Assembly: GCA_025363585.1 (NCBI GenBank)
Contig: JANYDN010000315.1
Coordinates: 1 to 61,758, forward strand
Reading direction: 5' to 3'
DNA: 61,758 bases
Origin: Verrucomicrobiota bacterium
Lineage (GTDB): Bacteria > Verrucomicrobiota > Verrucomicrobiia > Limisphaerales > UBA9464
Position numbers and translations under genes: made by a program. Below the pieces are notes generated by a model that saw only the letters and a list, made by a program, of their open reading frames with translations, did not search any database and was not told where the DNA came from. Shown here piece after piece: positions 60,949 through 61,758 of the stretch (within the stretch, counting starts at the first letter, position 1; the number at the start of each line of letters is the position of its first letter).

Positions 60949-61758
60949 CTAGTCCGCGTGGTACCCGCGCCACACCCAGACCAGCGTGTCCGCCAGCGTC
61001 TGCTCGAAGACACGCTTATCGCAGTGCCCGGTCGCTTTGCTAAAGACGAACCGGTGATGATAACCCTTCGCCTTCAGCGCCGCTTCCGTGCGCCGGCCCG
61101 CCATCACCCAGTTATGATGGGTCTCCTCCGCATCATTTGGCCGGATGTCTTTCTCGGACACATGCGTGAAAATGCGCAGCGGCTTTAGCTCACTGGTCTC
61201 GATCAGCTTCATGCCGGAATGGTATTCCCATGCTCCGAGCGGATACTTTGCCTCCTCGGGCGCAGCGTCATCCTGCTGATCCACAAAGGTGCCGGAATAG
61301 GCAATCACACGGCGGAACCAATCGGGGCGGAACCACGCCATCGTCAAGGCCGCCGCACCTCCGGAGCTGCATCCGATGACGCCGCGACCCCACGGGTTAT
61401 CGGTAAGTGTAAAGTGCGGATATGCGGCTTTGATTTCCGCATTCTTCAACACTGCCGGCAGGACTTCATCGTGGATGAAGCGCGCCAGCCGGTCGGACAT
61501 CGTGTCATACTCCAGCCCGCGCTCGCTCTTCTTCCCGTAGTTGCCGCCATTCTCGACAGCAATCGCGACGAATGCGGGCAGCGTGCGTTTTGGGTCTTTG
61601 GAAATGGTAAGGTTATCGAGCGCATTGCGGACGAGACTTAGCTGGCAGGGGCCATCGTGGATGATGAGCAGGGGGGCCTTTGCTCCGTCCTTGTAGGCAG
61701 CCGGAACATAGACCGTGATCTTGCGTTCCTTTCGCACCGGCTTCTTCGCGGAGTCGAG
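60949..61758 (-). CDS. Alpha/beta-hydrolase esterase (esterase D / enterochelin-esterase-like), 5' end probably beyond the window
   Basis: Nucleophile elbow GCSSGG. Esterase-family pattern PLLIIHDG ... WGRGVIGCSSGGAAAL. The reading frame stays open to the window edge upstream of the first ATG. Confidence 0.7.
   Translation of the reverse strand, partial: LDSAKKPVRKERKITVYVPAAYKDGAKAPLLIIHDGPCQLSLVRNALDNLTISKDPKRTLPAFVAIAVENGGNYGKKSERGLEYDTMSDRLARFIHDEVLPAVLKNAEIKAAYPHFTLTDNPWGRGVIGCSSGGAAALTMAWFRPDWFRRVIAYSGTFVDQQDDAAPEEAKYPLGAWEYHSGMKLIETSELKPLRIFTHVSEKDIRPNDAEETHHNWVMAGRRTEAALKAKGYHHRFVFSKATGHCDKRVFEQTLADTLVWVWRGYHAD

Overview
Very GC-rich bacterial chromosomal segment. I judged GC by eye and by the many long antisense shadow ORFs; I did not compute it. 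The gene content points to the PVC superphylum, most likely Verrucomicrobiota (Opitutales-like) or Planctomycetota. The markers are a DUF1549/DUF1553 + DUF1501 pair, a DUF1559-type prepilin protein, an ECF sigma paired with a Ser/Thr kinase carrying WD40 repeats, and FG-GAP/ASPIC proteins. About 50 credible CDS and one tRNA-Gly(GCC) are supported.

Housekeeping genes: pgpA, pgsA, valS, deoC, tatD, an aminotransferase, a SufE-like protein and an M20 amidohydrolase.

Accessory blocks:
(1) 11.9-25.1 kb holds a 13-gene, translationally coupled type II secretion / type IV pilus-like operon: E, F, G, H, I, J, K, an L/PilM-PilN fusion, M/PilO-like and C/PilP-like components. Its secretin is split into two separately signal-peptide-bearing proteins. 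The break falls inside a glycine-rich loop of the last N-domain. I consider this the most unusual feature.
(2) A vapBC (RHH + PIN) cassette is bracketed by a duplicated copy of the 3' end of the upstream DUF1501 gene plus a REP-like element.
(3) An ECF sigma is paired with a zinc-ribbon Ser/Thr kinase-WD40 protein.
(4) One secreted protein fuses EF-hands, a thioredoxin-like domain, a CxxCH haem motif and a PHM/DBH-like copper monooxygenase motif set.
(5) 44.6-54.5 kb holds an aryl-polyene/flexirubin-like accessory set: a WxWxIP flavin halogenase-like enzyme, a lipoprotein, an MMPL exporter fused to an LpxL-type acyltransferase, a LolA-like protein, a hotdog dehydratase, an AMP-ligase and a methyltransferase. 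No ketosynthase lies in the window, and the only ACP sits 5 kb away.

Almost every intergenic gap carries one of at least five dispersed short-word repeat families arranged as nested inverted repeats.

All functional calls rest on motif recognition in the supplied translations. No database search was run.
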